From the NCBI GenBank assembly GCA_035498555.1, contig DATKAB010000161.1, positions 2,794 to 66,793 on the forward strand: a stretch of 64,000 nucleotides of DNA, given 5' to 3'. The translations under genes and the position numbers were made by a program. Each line of letters opens with the position of its first letter. Position 1 is the stretch's first letter. Below are positions 1 to 9,448 of this stretch, piece after piece. This DNA comes from Candidatus Sulfotelmatobacter sp. GTDB lineage: Bacteria > Eisenbacteria > RBG-16-71-46. The notes under the pieces were generated by a model that was not told where the DNA came from, ran no database searches, and worked only from the letters and a program-made list of their open reading frames with translations.

Positions 1-14
1 CAGGAGGTGACGGT

Positions 15-1064
15 GTGAGCATCCTGATCGACAAGAACACGCGACTGATCGTTCAGGGCATCACCGGCCGCGACGGTGCGTTCCACACCGAGCAGATGCT
101 GAAGTACGGCACGCGGGTGGTGGCGGGCGTGACGCCTGGCAAGGGCGGCGAGACCGTGCACGGCGTGCCGGTATTCGACAGCGTGGCCGAGGCGATGGAG
201 GCGACGCGAGCCAACACCTCGGTGATCTACGTGCCGGCGCCGTTCGCCGCCGACGCGATCCACGAGGCCGCGGACGCCGGCGTGTCGCTGATCGTATGCA
301 TCACCGAGGGCGTGCCGGTGCGCGACACGCTCGCCGCGTATCACAAGGTGCTGGCGTTGCGCGGCGCGTCGAATCCGCTGGGCCGCCCGCGGCTGGTGGG
401 GCCCAATTGCCCGGGGCTCATCACGCCCGGCCAGAGCAAGGTCGGTATCCTGCCCGGACAGATCGTGAAACCCGGCCCGGTCGGGGTGGTGTCGAAGAGC
501 GGCACGCTCACCTACGAGGTGGTGAAGCAGCTCAGCGACCGGGGTCTCGGTCAGACCACCTGCCTCGGAGTCGGCGGCGATCCGGTGATCGGCACCCACT
601 TCATCGACGCGCTGACCATGTTCGAGGCCGACGGCAAGACCGAAGGCATCGTGCTCATGGGCGAGATCGGCGGCAGTGACGAGGAGGAGGCCGCGCAGTT
701 CATCAAGCGCCACCTCAGCAAGCCGGTGGTGGCGTTCGTCGCCGGTCAGACCGCGCCGCCCGGCAAGCGCATGGGCCACGCCGGCGCGATCATCTCGGGA
801 GGCACCGGCACCGCCGCCGAGAAGATCGCGGCATTCGAGGCCGCGGGCGTGCCGGTGGCGCGCATTCCCTCCGAGATTCCCGAGCTGATGGCCGAGCAGC
901 TCGAGCGCCGGCGTTCCCGCTCGCGCGCCAACTCGAAGAACGGCTCTCGCAATGGAAACCGCGAGATGAAGAGGGCTCGCGGCGCCGCTCCCGGCCGCAC
1001 TCGCCGAAAGAAGACTTCCGCCAGCCGCCGAGGCGGCAAGCCCGCCCGGGGCACCCGCCGCTAA
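15..1064 (+). CDS. sucD: succinyl-CoA synthetase alpha subunit with ~55-aa Arg/Lys-rich C-terminal tail
   Basis: GTG start 8 nt after AGGAGG; CoA-binding/ligase motifs ([28 protein letters not shown]); C-terminal [13 protein letters not shown]...[20 protein letters not shown] is absent from canonical SucD. Confidence 0.9.
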   Translation: MSILIDKNTRLIVQGITGRDGAFHTEQMLKYGTRVVAGVTPGKGGETVHGVPVFDSVAEAMEATRANTSVIYVPAPFAADAIHEAADAGVSLIVCITEGVPVRDTLAAYHKVLALRGASNPLGRPRLVGPNCPGLITPGQSKVGILPGQIVKPGPVGVVSKSGTLTYEVVKQLSDRGLGQTTCLGVGGDPVIGTHFIDALTMFEADGKTEGIVLMGEIGGSDEEEAAQFIKRHLSKPVVAFVAGQTAPPGKRMGHAGAIISGGTGTAAEKIAAFEAAGVPVARIPSEIPELMAEQLERRRSRSRANSKNGSRNGNREMKRARGAAPGRTRRKKTSASRRGGKPARGTRR

Positions 1065-1091
1065 CCCATCACTCACTTCCAGGAGATCCGC

Positions 1092-1514
1092 TTGGCCATC
1101 GAACGCACCCTGTTCATCGTCAAACCCGACGCCACCCGCCGCAATCTGACCGGCAAGATTCTCGCGCACGTCGAGGGGAAGGGCTTCCGCATCGTCGAAG
1201 CGCGCTTCACCCAGCTGACCCGCGAGCAGTGCCAGGAGTTCTACGCCGAGCACGTCGGCAAGCCGTTTTACGCCGAGCTGGTGGACTTCATGACCTCGGG
1301 CCCGGTGATGGTCTGCTGCCTCGAGCGCGACAACGCCGTCGCCGAGCTGCGCGATGTGATCGGCGCGACCGATCCCGCGCAGGCGGCACCCGGCACCATC
1401 CGCAAGCTCTACGCCGAGAGCAAGGGCCGAAACTCGGTTCACGCCTCCGACAGCCCGGCCAGCGCGGAGCGCGAGGTCAAGCTGTTCTTCGGAGTCGCGG
1501 CACTCGCGCGGTAG
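1092..1514 (+). CDS. ndk: nucleoside diphosphate kinase
   Basis: TLFIVKPDA, NAVHASDS-type active-site region (NSVHASDSPASAEREVKLFF), 140 aa. Confidence 0.9.
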   Translation: MAIERTLFIVKPDATRRNLTGKILAHVEGKGFRIVEARFTQLTREQCQEFYAEHVGKPFYAELVDFMTSGPVMVCCLERDNAVAELRDVIGATDPAQAAPGTIRKLYAESKGRNSVHASDSPASAEREVKLFFGVAALAR

Positions 1515-1647
1515 GCCCGGCGTGGAAGGCGCCTCCCGGCTCGCTGCCCGCGCGTGCAGTCGCGCACCTCAGGCTGGACGGCGTTTGGCGCGCTGTGCTA
1601 GCGTGCCGCGTCTTTAGGGTCGTGCCCCTCGGCCGGTCCAAGACACC

Positions 1648-2127
1648 ATGGATGCGTTTACCCTCGATCTCGCAACGCTTCCGGCCGGAGCGAGCCAGGT
1701 GGTGGTCGAGGCCCGACCCGATCAGGTCGGGCTCGAGGCCGGGGCTTGGGCCGGGAAGGTGTGGGGCCGTCTTCGCGTCGAGAAGAGCGGGGAACAGGTC
1801 TCGGTCCGGGGCGAACTCGAGGCCGTGACGCACCTGGAGTGCGTGGGCTGTCTCGAGCCGTTCGACATGCCGCTTCGCGTCCCGTTCCAGGTCTTCGCCG
1901 AACGGCCCAGCGGCCGCCACGCGGGGCTCGACGAGGCGCTGGAGCGGGACGACTACATGATGTTTCACGATGGGCGGCGGCTGGATTTGCGCGAGCAGGT
2001 GCGCGAGACGCTGCTGCTCGAGGTGCCCATGACACCGCGGTGCCGCCCCGATTGTCGGGGTCTGTGTGCGCGGTGCGGGGCGAATCTAAATCTGGGTCCA
2101 TGCGGGTGCGCGCCGCCGGCCGTTTGA
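1648..2127 (+). CDS. yceD: YceD/DUF177 family protein (23S rRNA accumulation protein) upstream of rpmF
   Basis: Conserved position immediately 5' of rpmF-plsX-fab cluster; C-terminal CxxC...CxxC pairs (CVGC, CRPDCRGLCARCGANLN). Confidence 0.7.
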   Translation: MDAFTLDLATLPAGASQVVVEARPDQVGLEAGAWAGKVWGRLRVEKSGEQVSVRGELEAVTHLECVGCLEPFDMPLRVPFQVFAERPSGRHAGLDEALERDDYMMFHDGRRLDLREQVRETLLLEVPMTPRCRPDCRGLCARCGANLNLGPCGCAPPAV

Positions 2128-2166
2128 GCGGCGGCGACGCGCGACCGTAGGAAGGAGTCGGGTCAC

Positions 2167-2349
2167 ATGGCGGTTCCCAAGCGACGTCATTCGAGCACGC
2201 GCGGCCGCAAACGGCGCACGCACTGGAAGCTCAAGCGCCCCGGCCTCAATACGTGCAGCCACTGTGGAAGCCCCCGTCAACCCCATCGGATCTGCCCCAG
2301 CTGCGGATTCTACGACGGGGAAGAGATCGTTCTGCCTCGCGAAGACTAG
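2167..2349 (+). CDS. rpmF: 50S ribosomal protein L32
   Basis: MAVPKRRHSSTRGRKRR...CSHCGSPRQPHRICPSCGFY; 60 aa. Confidence 0.95.
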   Translation: MAVPKRRHSSTRGRKRRTHWKLKRPGLNTCSHCGSPRQPHRICPSCGFYDGEEIVLPRED

Positions 2350-2367
2350 GCGCTCGAGTACGCCCTG

Positions 2368-3390
2368 ATGCCCTCGATCCCGCAGATCGGGATTGACGCG
2401 ATGGGGGGAGACTACGGCCCTTCGGTCGTGGTCGAAGGCGTGGCGCTCGCCGCCCGAGAAATGCCGGGCCGCTTCCAGGTCACGCTGGTGGGCGACGAGG
2501 CCGAGATCACGCCGCTCCTCGAACGCGCCCATCTCGGAGAGCTCCCGGTCAAGGTGGTGCATGCCGCCGAAAAGGTCGAAATGGCCGATAAGGCGGCGAT
2601 GGCCGCCCGTCGCAGCGGCTCCTCCCTCGGCGTCCTGACCCAGCTCCACAAGGATGGACAAGTCGACGCCATCTTCAGTGCCGGCAACACCGGCGCGGTG
2701 GTCGCGACCGCGCTGCTCGGGCTGGGACGGCTGGAATCGGTCTCGCGGCCCGCGCTCACTGCGTTCTTCCCGAATCCCGCGGGCGGCACGGTGGTGCTCG
2801 ATGTCGGGGCCAACGCCGAATGCAAACCCTCCTACCTGGTGCAATTCGCGCACATGGGATCGGTATACGCGCGCTATCTTCACGGGCGGGAGAACCCTCG
2901 GGTCGGGTTGCTCTCGATTGGAGAGGAGGAGAGCAAGGGCAACGCGCTGGTGTTCGAAACCCAGCCGCTCATGCGGCGCGCCCGGCATCTCAACTTCATC
3001 GGCAACGTGGAGGGGCGGGATCTGTTCAAAGACACCTGCGACGTGGTGGTCACGGATGGCTTCACCGGCAACGTGGTGTTGAAGACCGCCGAGAGCCTGG
3101 CGGGACTGCTCACCCACATGGTGCGTGCTGAAGTCGAACGCGATCCGCTCGCCAGATTCGGTGCGCTGTTCATGGCTCGGGCGCTGCGCCGCCTGCGGTC
3201 CGAAATCGACTGGGAAGAGTTCGGGGCCGCGCCGCTGCTCGGCGTGGATGGCGTATGTTTCATCGGTCATGGCAGCAGTCGCGCCAGGGCTTTCCGCAGC
3301 GCGATTCGAACCATGGTTCGATTCGTGGAACAGAAGGTGAACGAGCACATTCGCGAGGAGATCCAAGCGGATCATGACAGCGCGGCCTGA
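2368..3390 (+). CDS. plsX: phosphate acyltransferase PlsX
   Basis: IGIDAMGGD N-terminal motif, GNTGA, full-length 340 aa, canonical position after rpmF. Confidence 0.9.
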   Translation: MPSIPQIGIDAMGGDYGPSVVVEGVALAAREMPGRFQVTLVGDEAEITPLLERAHLGELPVKVVHAAEKVEMADKAAMAARRSGSSLGVLTQLHKDGQVDAIFSAGNTGAVVATALLGLGRLESVSRPALTAFFPNPAGGTVVLDVGANAECKPSYLVQFAHMGSVYARYLHGRENPRVGLLSIGEEESKGNALVFETQPLMRRARHLNFIGNVEGRDLFKDTCDVVVTDGFTGNVVLKTAESLAGLLTHMVRAEVERDPLARFGALFMARALRRLRSEIDWEEFGAAPLLGVDGVCFIGHGSSRARAFRSAIRTMVRFVEQKVNEHIREEIQADHDSAA

Positions 3391-4441
3391 GGCGATTCGC
3401 GGCGTCACCATCACCGGAACCGGCATGTACGTGCCGGATCGAGTGCTGACCAACTTCGATCTCGAGAAGATGGTGGACACCTCGGATCAGTGGATTCGTG
3501 AGCGGACCGGCATCGAGGAGCGCCGGATCGCGCGCCCCGATCAGGCGGCCTCGGATCTGGCCGTGATCGCCGCTCAGCGCGCGCTGGAGAGCGCCGGGAT
3601 CACCAGCCAGGAAGTCGACCAGATCATCGTCGTCACCACCACGCCCGATCGCTTCCTGCCATCGTGCGCGTGCACCGTGCAGGCCAGGCTCGGCTGCAAG
3701 CATGCCGCCGCCTACGACGTGTCCGCGGCGTGCACCGGATTCATCTACGGCCTGGCGCTCGGGCGCGGCCTGATCGGCACCGGGCTGGCCGAGAACGTTC
3801 TGCTGATCGGCGTCGAGGTGCTGTCACGCATCGTGGACTACACCGATCGCAACACCTGCGTGCTGTTCGGAGATGGCGCCGGAGCGGTGGTGTTGCGGCC
3901 GTGCGCGCCTGGCGACGGCGTGCTCTCGATCTCGATAAGGAGCGACGGCGACCTTGGAGAAATCCTCGAGATCCCGGCCGGTGGCTCGAGGATGCCTTCC
4001 AGCGCCGAAACCCTCGCGGCCCACGGCCAGTACATCAAGATGAAGGGCAAGGAGCTGTTCAGGGTGGCGGTGCGCGCCATGGACGAGAGCACGCGCGAGG
4101 CCATGAGTGAGGCCGGACTCACCGCCGCCGACATCGATCTGCTCATCCCGCACCAGGCCAACCTCCGCATCATCGACGCGGTGCGCGAGCGGCTCGGCGT
4201 TTCGCCTGACAAGGTGTTGGTCAACATCCAGCGGTACGGCAACACCTCGTCGGCCTCGATCCCCATCAGCCTCGACGAAGCGCTGCGCGGCGGCCGGATC
4301 AAGGTCGGCGATCGGATCGGCTTCGTGGCCTTCGGGGGCGGCGTGACCTGGGGGGCTTCGATCATGAAGTGGACGCAACCGGCTCCGATCGCTTCCGCCC
4401 GCGAGGTCGCGGTGGCGAGCGCGCGCGAAGGGGCGGCGTGA
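3374..4441 (+). CDS. fabH: 3-oxoacyl-ACP synthase III
   Basis: Cys-His-Asn thiolase-fold motifs (AACTGF, HQAN, GNTSSAS); overlaps plsX 3' end by 17 nt. Confidence 0.9.
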   Translation: MTARPEAIRGVTITGTGMYVPDRVLTNFDLEKMVDTSDQWIRERTGIEERRIARPDQAASDLAVIAAQRALESAGITSQEVDQIIVVTTTPDRFLPSCACTVQARLGCKHAAAYDVSAACTGFIYGLALGRGLIGTGLAENVLLIGVEVLSRIVDYTDRNTCVLFGDGAGAVVLRPCAPGDGVLSISIRSDGDLGEILEIPAGGSRMPSSAETLAAHGQYIKMKGKELFRVAVRAMDESTREAMSEAGLTAADIDLLIPHQANLRIIDAVRERLGVSPDKVLVNIQRYGNTSSASIPISLDEALRGGRIKVGDRIGFVAFGGGVTWGASIMKWTQPAPIASAREVAVASAREGAA

Positions 4442-5394
4442 GACTCGCCTTCCTCTTCCCGGGGCAGGGGTCGCAGGCGGTGGGCATGGGCCGCGCCCTG
4501 GCCGAGGCCTACCCCGCGGCGCGAGAAACCTTCGCGATTGCCGACGCGGTGCTCGGCGAGGGCTTCTCGAAGCTGTGCTGGGAGGGCCCCGAGGAGGAGT
4601 TGCGCAAGACCATCCATGCGCAGCCCGCGCTGCTCACGCACAGCATCGCGGCTCATCGATTGTTGAGCGCTGCGGGAGTCCAGCCCGATCGGGTCGCGGG
4701 CCACAGCCTCGGCGAGTATTCGGCGCTGGTTGCCGCCGGCTCACTGTGCTTCGAGCACGCGCTCCGGCTGGTGAGGCGCCGTGGCGAGCTCATGTATCAG
4801 GCCGGGCTCGATCGGCCGGGCGCGATGGCGGCCATTCTCGGCCTGTCGCTCGCCGACGTGGACGCCGCCTGCCGCGAGGCGGTTTCGGCCGGCGTCGCGG
4901 TCCCGGCCAACCTCAACGCTCCCGGGCAGATCGTGATCTCGGGCGACCCGGCCGCGGTGGACGCCGCCTGCGAGCACGCCAGGGCGCGCGGCGCACGCCG
5001 CGCGATCCGGCTCGAGGTGAGCGGCGCGTTCCATTCGCCGCTGATGGGCCCGGCCGCCGAGGGGCTGGCGCGAGCCATCGACGAAACGCCGGTCGAGGCG
5101 GCGCGCGTGCCGGTGATCGCCAACGTGTCGGCGCAGCCGGTTCAGAAGCCGGACGAGATCCGGGCCGCGCTCAAGGCGCAGCTGCTCGGCGCGGTGCGCT
5201 GGGAAGAGACCATGCGCGGCATGTTGATCTCCGGCGTGGAAGGCTTCCTCGAGGTGGGAACCGGCAAGGTCCTGCGCGGGCTGCTGCGCACGCTCGACAA
5301 GCAGGCGGCATCCTGGAATGTCGAGGATCCCGAGAGCCTCAACGGAACTCTCGATGCGCTCGGCGTCGGTCGCGTCGGCGCGGCCGGAGCCTGA
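4438..5394 (+). CDS. fabD: malonyl CoA-ACP transacylase
   Basis: GTG start overlapping fabH stop (GTGA); [19 protein letters not shown] active-site serine motif. Confidence 0.9.
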   Translation: MRLAFLFPGQGSQAVGMGRALAEAYPAARETFAIADAVLGEGFSKLCWEGPEEELRKTIHAQPALLTHSIAAHRLLSAAGVQPDRVAGHSLGEYSALVAAGSLCFEHALRLVRRRGELMYQAGLDRPGAMAAILGLSLADVDAACREAVSAGVAVPANLNAPGQIVISGDPAAVDAACEHARARGARRAIRLEVSGAFHSPLMGPAAEGLARAIDETPVEAARVPVIANVSAQPVQKPDEIRAALKAQLLGAVRWEETMRGMLISGVEGFLEVGTGKVLRGLLRTLDKQAASWNVEDPESLNGTLDALGVGRVGAAGA

Positions 5395-5397
5395 GCC

Positions 5398-6180
5398 ATG
5401 ACCCAGACGGCGGGAGCGGTGACGGGTTCCGAATCCAGGGAGCTGGCGGGTCAGGTCGCGTTCGTGACCGGGGGCGCGACCGGCATCGGGCTCGCGATCA
5501 GCACGGCGCTGGCCGCCCGCGGCGCGGCGGTGGCGATCTTCAATCGCAACGAGGACAAGGCGCGTGCCGCGGTCGCGGCAGTGCGCGAGGCGGGCGGTCG
5601 CGCCGATGCGTTTCCGGCCGACGTGGCCGACACGCGCTCGATCGAGGCGGCATTCGGCGCGGCGCTCGAGTCGCTGGGCCGCGTGGACGTGCTGGTCAAC
5701 AACGCCGGCGTCACCCGGGACGGAGTGTTCCTGCGCATGACCGACGCGCAGTGGGAGGAAGTGATCAACACCAATCTGGCGGGAGCGTTCCGCTGCACGC
5801 GCGCGGTGGTGCGCTCGATGATGAAGGCGCGCAGCGGCCGCATCCTGAACATCTCGTCGGTGGTGGGCTTGATCGGGAATGCCGGCCAGGCCAACTACGC
5901 CGCCTCGAAGGCCGGCCTGCTGGGTCTGACGCGCGCTCTGGCGCGCGAGTTGTCGAGCCGCAACATCACGGTGAACGCGGTCTGTCCGGGCTACATCGAG
6001 ACCGACATGACCGCGAACCTGCCCGAGGCGGCGCGCACGGCGCTGCTCGCCCAGATTCCGCTGGGCAGGCTCGGCCGCCCCGAGGAGGTGGCCGAACTGG
6101 TGGCGTTCCTGGCCTCACCCCGTGCCGCCTACATCACCGGACAGGTGTTCACGGTGGACGGCGGCATGGTCATGTCGTGA
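5398..6180 (+). CDS. fabG: 3-oxoacyl-ACP reductase
   Basis: SDR motifs [22 protein letters not shown]; canonical position. Confidence 0.9.
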   Translation: MTQTAGAVTGSESRELAGQVAFVTGGATGIGLAISTALAARGAAVAIFNRNEDKARAAVAAVREAGGRADAFPADVADTRSIEAAFGAALESLGRVDVLVNNAGVTRDGVFLRMTDAQWEEVINTNLAGAFRCTRAVVRSMMKARSGRILNISSVVGLIGNAGQANYAASKAGLLGLTRALARELSSRNITVNAVCPGYIETDMTANLPEAARTALLAQIPLGRLGRPEEVAELVAFLASPRAAYITGQVFTVDGGMVMS

Positions 6181-6208
6181 ATTCGAAACGGATCCATAAC
6201 CACAGGAG

Positions 6209-6466
6209 GTGAGCAACGTGGCAGCTTTCAGCGAAGACCGGGTGAAGGAGATCATCGCCAAGGAACTCGAGGTGGACGCCAAGCAGTTGTCGCCCGAGGC
6301 CAAGTTCATCGAGGACCTGGGCGCCGACTCGCTCGACATCGTCGAACTGGTGATGGCTCTCGAAGAGGAATTCGGCATCGATATTCCCGACGAGGACGCG
6401 GACAAGCTCCGGACGGTGGGCGACGCGCTGAACTACCTCAAGACTCAGACCGCCGGGAAGGCCTGA
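6209..6466 (+). CDS. acpP: acyl carrier protein
   Basis: DSLD phosphopantetheine-attachment motif ([20 protein letters not shown]); AGGAGG SD; alternative GTG start at about 6218 has better spacing. Confidence 0.9.
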   Translation: MSNVAAFSEDRVKEIIAKELEVDAKQLSPEAKFIEDLGADSLDIVELVMALEEEFGIDIPDEDADKLRTVGDALNYLKTQTAGKA

Positions 6467-6477
6467 GCGTTGGCGAA

Positions 6478-6517
6478 GGCGCGCGCCAAAGGCCGGGAGA
6501 GTGGCCGGGCGCGCGCG
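6478..6517 (+). terminator. GC-rich imperfect hairpin downstream of acpP (possible attenuator/partial terminator, no U-tract)
   Basis: ggcgcgcgcc...ggccgg...ggcgcgcgcg inverted repeat between acpP stop and fabF start. Confidence 0.25.
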
Positions 6518-6563
6518 ACGCGCCGCTGTCGTTTCGCCGTCAAACTCATTGATCGAGGTGCCG

Positions 6564-7811
6564 ATGTCGGAAACAGGATCCCGGGTGTTCGTGACCGGGG
6601 CGGGAGTCATTTCGCCGATCGGGAACGACATGGAGCGATTCTGGAGCGAGCTGATCGCCGGGAAGTCGGGCGCGGGCCCGATCACGCGGTTCGATACCAG
6701 CGCCTACGAGACGCGCTTCGCCTGCGAGGTGAAGGACTTCTCGGTGGAGCCGGTGCTCGATCGCAAGGAGGCGAAGCGCATGGATCGCTTCGTCCAGTTC
6801 GCGGTCATGGCCAGCCACGAAGCGCTCGAGCGCTCCGGAATCGACCGGTCGAAGGTGAATCTCGATCGATTCGGAGTCCTGATCGGCTCCGGGATCGGCG
6901 GCATGGAGACCTTCGAGTCGCAACATCGCGCCCTGCTCGAGAAGGGACCGGGACGCGTCAGCCCGTTTTTCATTCCGATGATGATTTCCGACATGGCCGC
7001 CGGACAGGTCTCGATTCAATTCGGCCTGCGCGGTCCGAATTTCTGCACGGTGTCCGCGTGCGCCTCCGGGGCGCACGCGATCGGCGAAGCCCTGAGACTG
7101 TTGCGCGCAGGGGACGCCGACATGATGCTCGCGGGTGGTGCCGAAGCCACGATCACGCCCATGGCGGTGGCGGGTTTCGGCAACATGCGAGCGCTTTCCA
7201 CGCGCAACGACGAACCCCAACGCGCGAGCCGTCCCTGGGACCAGGATCGGGACGGATTCGTGGTCGGTGAAGGCGCGGGCGTGCTGATTCTCGAAACCGA
7301 GGAACACGCACGGCGTCGCGGCGCATCGATCCTCTGCGAGCTTGTCGGCTACGGGGCCTCCGGAGACGCCTACCACATGACCGCTCCCAGCGAAGATGGG
7401 AACGGCGCGGCGCGCGCGATGAGGCGCGCGCTGCAGGATGGCGGCATGTCGCCCAACGAGGTCCAGTACATCAACGCCCACGGCACCTCCACGCCGGCAG
7501 GCGACCCCATCGAGGTCGCCGCGGTGAAGGACGTGTTCGGCGAACATGCGCGCCGGCTGATGATGAGCTCGACCAAGTCCATGACCGGGCACCTGCTGGG
7601 TGCGGCCGGCGGACTCGAGGCGGTCGTGACCGCACTGACCATCACGCGGGGGATCGTGCCACCCACCATCAATCTGGAGAAGCCGGATCCCAAATGCGAT
7701 CTCGATTTCGTTCCCCAACAGGCCCGAACGATTCCAGTGAAGGCCGCAATCTCGAACTCGTTCGGGTTCGGAGGACACAACGTGACGCTGGCGATGAGAG
7801 CCGCGAGCTGA
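6564..7811 (+). CDS. fabF: 3-oxoacyl-ACP synthase II
   Basis: MSETGSRVFVTGAGVISPIGN start; active-site Cys (SACASGAHAIG), HGTSTPAGD, GHLLGAAG; track ORF start 6501 is likely too far upstream. Confidence 0.9.
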   Translation: MSETGSRVFVTGAGVISPIGNDMERFWSELIAGKSGAGPITRFDTSAYETRFACEVKDFSVEPVLDRKEAKRMDRFVQFAVMASHEALERSGIDRSKVNLDRFGVLIGSGIGGMETFESQHRALLEKGPGRVSPFFIPMMISDMAAGQVSIQFGLRGPNFCTVSACASGAHAIGEALRLLRAGDADMMLAGGAEATITPMAVAGFGNMRALSTRNDEPQRASRPWDQDRDGFVVGEGAGVLILETEEHARRRGASILCELVGYGASGDAYHMTAPSEDGNGAARAMRRALQDGGMSPNEVQYINAHGTSTPAGDPIEVAAVKDVFGEHARRLMMSSTKSMTGHLLGAAGGLEAVVTALTITRGIVPPTINLEKPDPKCDLDFVPQQARTIPVKAAISNSFGFGGHNVTLAMRAAS

Positions 7812-9397
7812 AAGGACGACCGCGCCGCCGAGGCGGCCGCGGTCGCTCGCGCTCGCGCCGTCCCTCGCCGCCGCCACCCCCACCGGCCGGCCTGCTCGGC
7901 TGGATCAAGCGGCTGTTCGGCGGCGAACCTCAACCGGCGCCGGGCGCCAGCCGTTCACAACAGGAAGTCCGCACGCTCGAGGAATTCCAGCGGCACTTCC
8001 AACTTCAATTCGCGAATCTCGATCTGCTCAAGCTGGCCCTGACCCACCGTTCCTACCTGAGCGTGACCGGGCAGGGGCCGCGCGCCTCCAACGAGCGCCT
8101 CGAATTCCTCGGCGACTCGGTGCTCGGGCTGGTGACCAGCGAATTCCTGTACCGGCTCCACCCCGACGAGCACGAGGGCGAGCTCACCAAGAACAAGTCG
8201 CTGCTGGTCTCGAAGGCGATTCTCTCGCGGCGCGCGCTGGCCATGGGCCTCGGCCGGTTCGTGCTGATGAGCCACTCGGAAGTGGAATCGGGCGGCCGCC
8301 AGCGCCTCTCGATCCTCGCCGACGCGTTCGAGGCGGTGATCGGAGCGATCTATTTCGATCAGGGATTCGAGGCGGCGCGCGAGTTCATCCATCGCTGGTT
8401 GCTGCGCGAGGCCGGCGAGATCGTGGCCGACAAGCGTCACACCAACTACAAGAGTCACCTGCAGGAGTACGTGCAGAGCACCTGGCGCACGCATCCCGTC
8501 TATCGCATTCGCAGCGAGATGGGCCCCGATCACTCGAAGCACTTCCTGGTCGAGGTGATGGTCGGCAAGCGCAATCTCGGGGAAGGGCGCGGGCGCAACA
8601 AGAAGGAGGCCGAACAGGCCGCGGCCCGTGACGCCCTCGAAAGAGCCGGGGCCCCGCGCGATGCGGGGAGGGCGACCCGACCCGAACGCGACACCGAGCG
8701 GCGCCGGCCCTCCGCTGAGCTCCGGCGCGAAGTCGAAGAGCGCGGGGGCGCGAGGACCACGCCCACGGAAGGGGCCTACCCGAGCCCGCCCGCCGCGGCG
8801 CCCGATCTGGCCGAGGACGGGGAGCTCGAGTCCGACGAGCTATCGGGAGCTCGCCGCCGTCGCCGTGGCCGCCGGGGTGGTCGCGGCCGCCGTCGCGGGG
8901 AAGGCGTCACGCCCGCCCCGGGCGCGGCCGAAGCGCCGGTCGAGACGGAGAGCGGACGGCTGGCCACGCCGAGTCGCCGGCTGCCCTCGATCGAGCCGGC
9001 CGAGTCCGAGGCGGAGACCGAAGAGCGACCCGAGATCGAGCCGCCCCCGCGCTTCGAATACGACGATGAGCACGAAGAGGTGGGCCGACCCGAGGGGCCC
9101 GACCACGTGTTCCACGTCGAGCCCTCGGGGTTCGAAGGATCCTCCACGAGCCCGGCCGAGCCGCTTCGGGAGTTCGAGGCCGAGGAGGAACGGCACGAGG
9201 TGGCACCCGAACCCGAGCCGGAGCCCGAGCTCGAAATCGAGGAGCGGCCGGTCCGCGTGAGCGGGGACGAGCCACGGCGCGAGGCGGAGCACGGACCGGA
9301 ATCCGTCGAGCCAACCCGCGAGCGTGCTCCGGCGGGGCCCGCCAGGTCTGCCTCGCAACCCTCGCGAAGCTTCGGCCGGCGGCGCGGTCGCAGGTGA
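7694..9397 (+). CDS. rnc: ribonuclease III with long low-complexity N- and C-terminal extensions
   Basis: RNase III signature ALTHRSY...ERLEFLGDSVL, dsRBD (KNKKEAEQAAARDALE). The only canonical in-frame start is ATG 7694, which overlaps the fabF 3' end by 118 nt. ~330-aa acidic/RG-rich tail (RRRRGRRGGRGRRRGEG, EPEPEPELEIEE). Confidence 0.8.
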   Translation: MRSRFRSPTGPNDSSEGRNLELVRVRRTQRDAGDESRELKGRPRRRGGRGRSRSRRPSPPPPPPAGLLGWIKRLFGGEPQPAPGASRSQQEVRTLEEFQRHFQLQFANLDLLKLALTHRSYLSVTGQGPRASNERLEFLGDSVLGLVTSEFLYRLHPDEHEGELTKNKSLLVSKAILSRRALAMGLGRFVLMSHSEVESGGRQRLSILADAFEAVIGAIYFDQGFEAAREFIHRWLLREAGEIVADKRHTNYKSHLQEYVQSTWRTHPVYRIRSEMGPDHSKHFLVEVMVGKRNLGEGRGRNKKEAEQAAARDALERAGAPRDAGRATRPERDTERRRPSAELRREVEERGGARTTPTEGAYPSPPAAAPDLAEDGELESDELSGARRRRRGRRGGRGRRRGEGVTPAPGAAEAPVETESGRLATPSRRLPSIEPAESEAETEERPEIEPPPRFEYDDEHEEVGRPEGPDHVFHVEPSGFEGSSTSPAEPLREFEAEEERHEVAPEPEPEPELEIEERPVRVSGDEPRREAEHGPESVEPTRERAPAGPARSASQPSRSFGRRRGRR

Positions 9398-9448
9398 ATC
9401 GGTGGACGCGATCACCGACCACTCGGGGCCGCATGCTAGGCTCATGAC

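Noticed and set aside
1515-1647. Possible promoter upstream of yceD (TTGGCG ... TAGCGT)
   Set aside because: The spacer is far too short (about 8 nt), so there is no convincing -35/-10 geometry.
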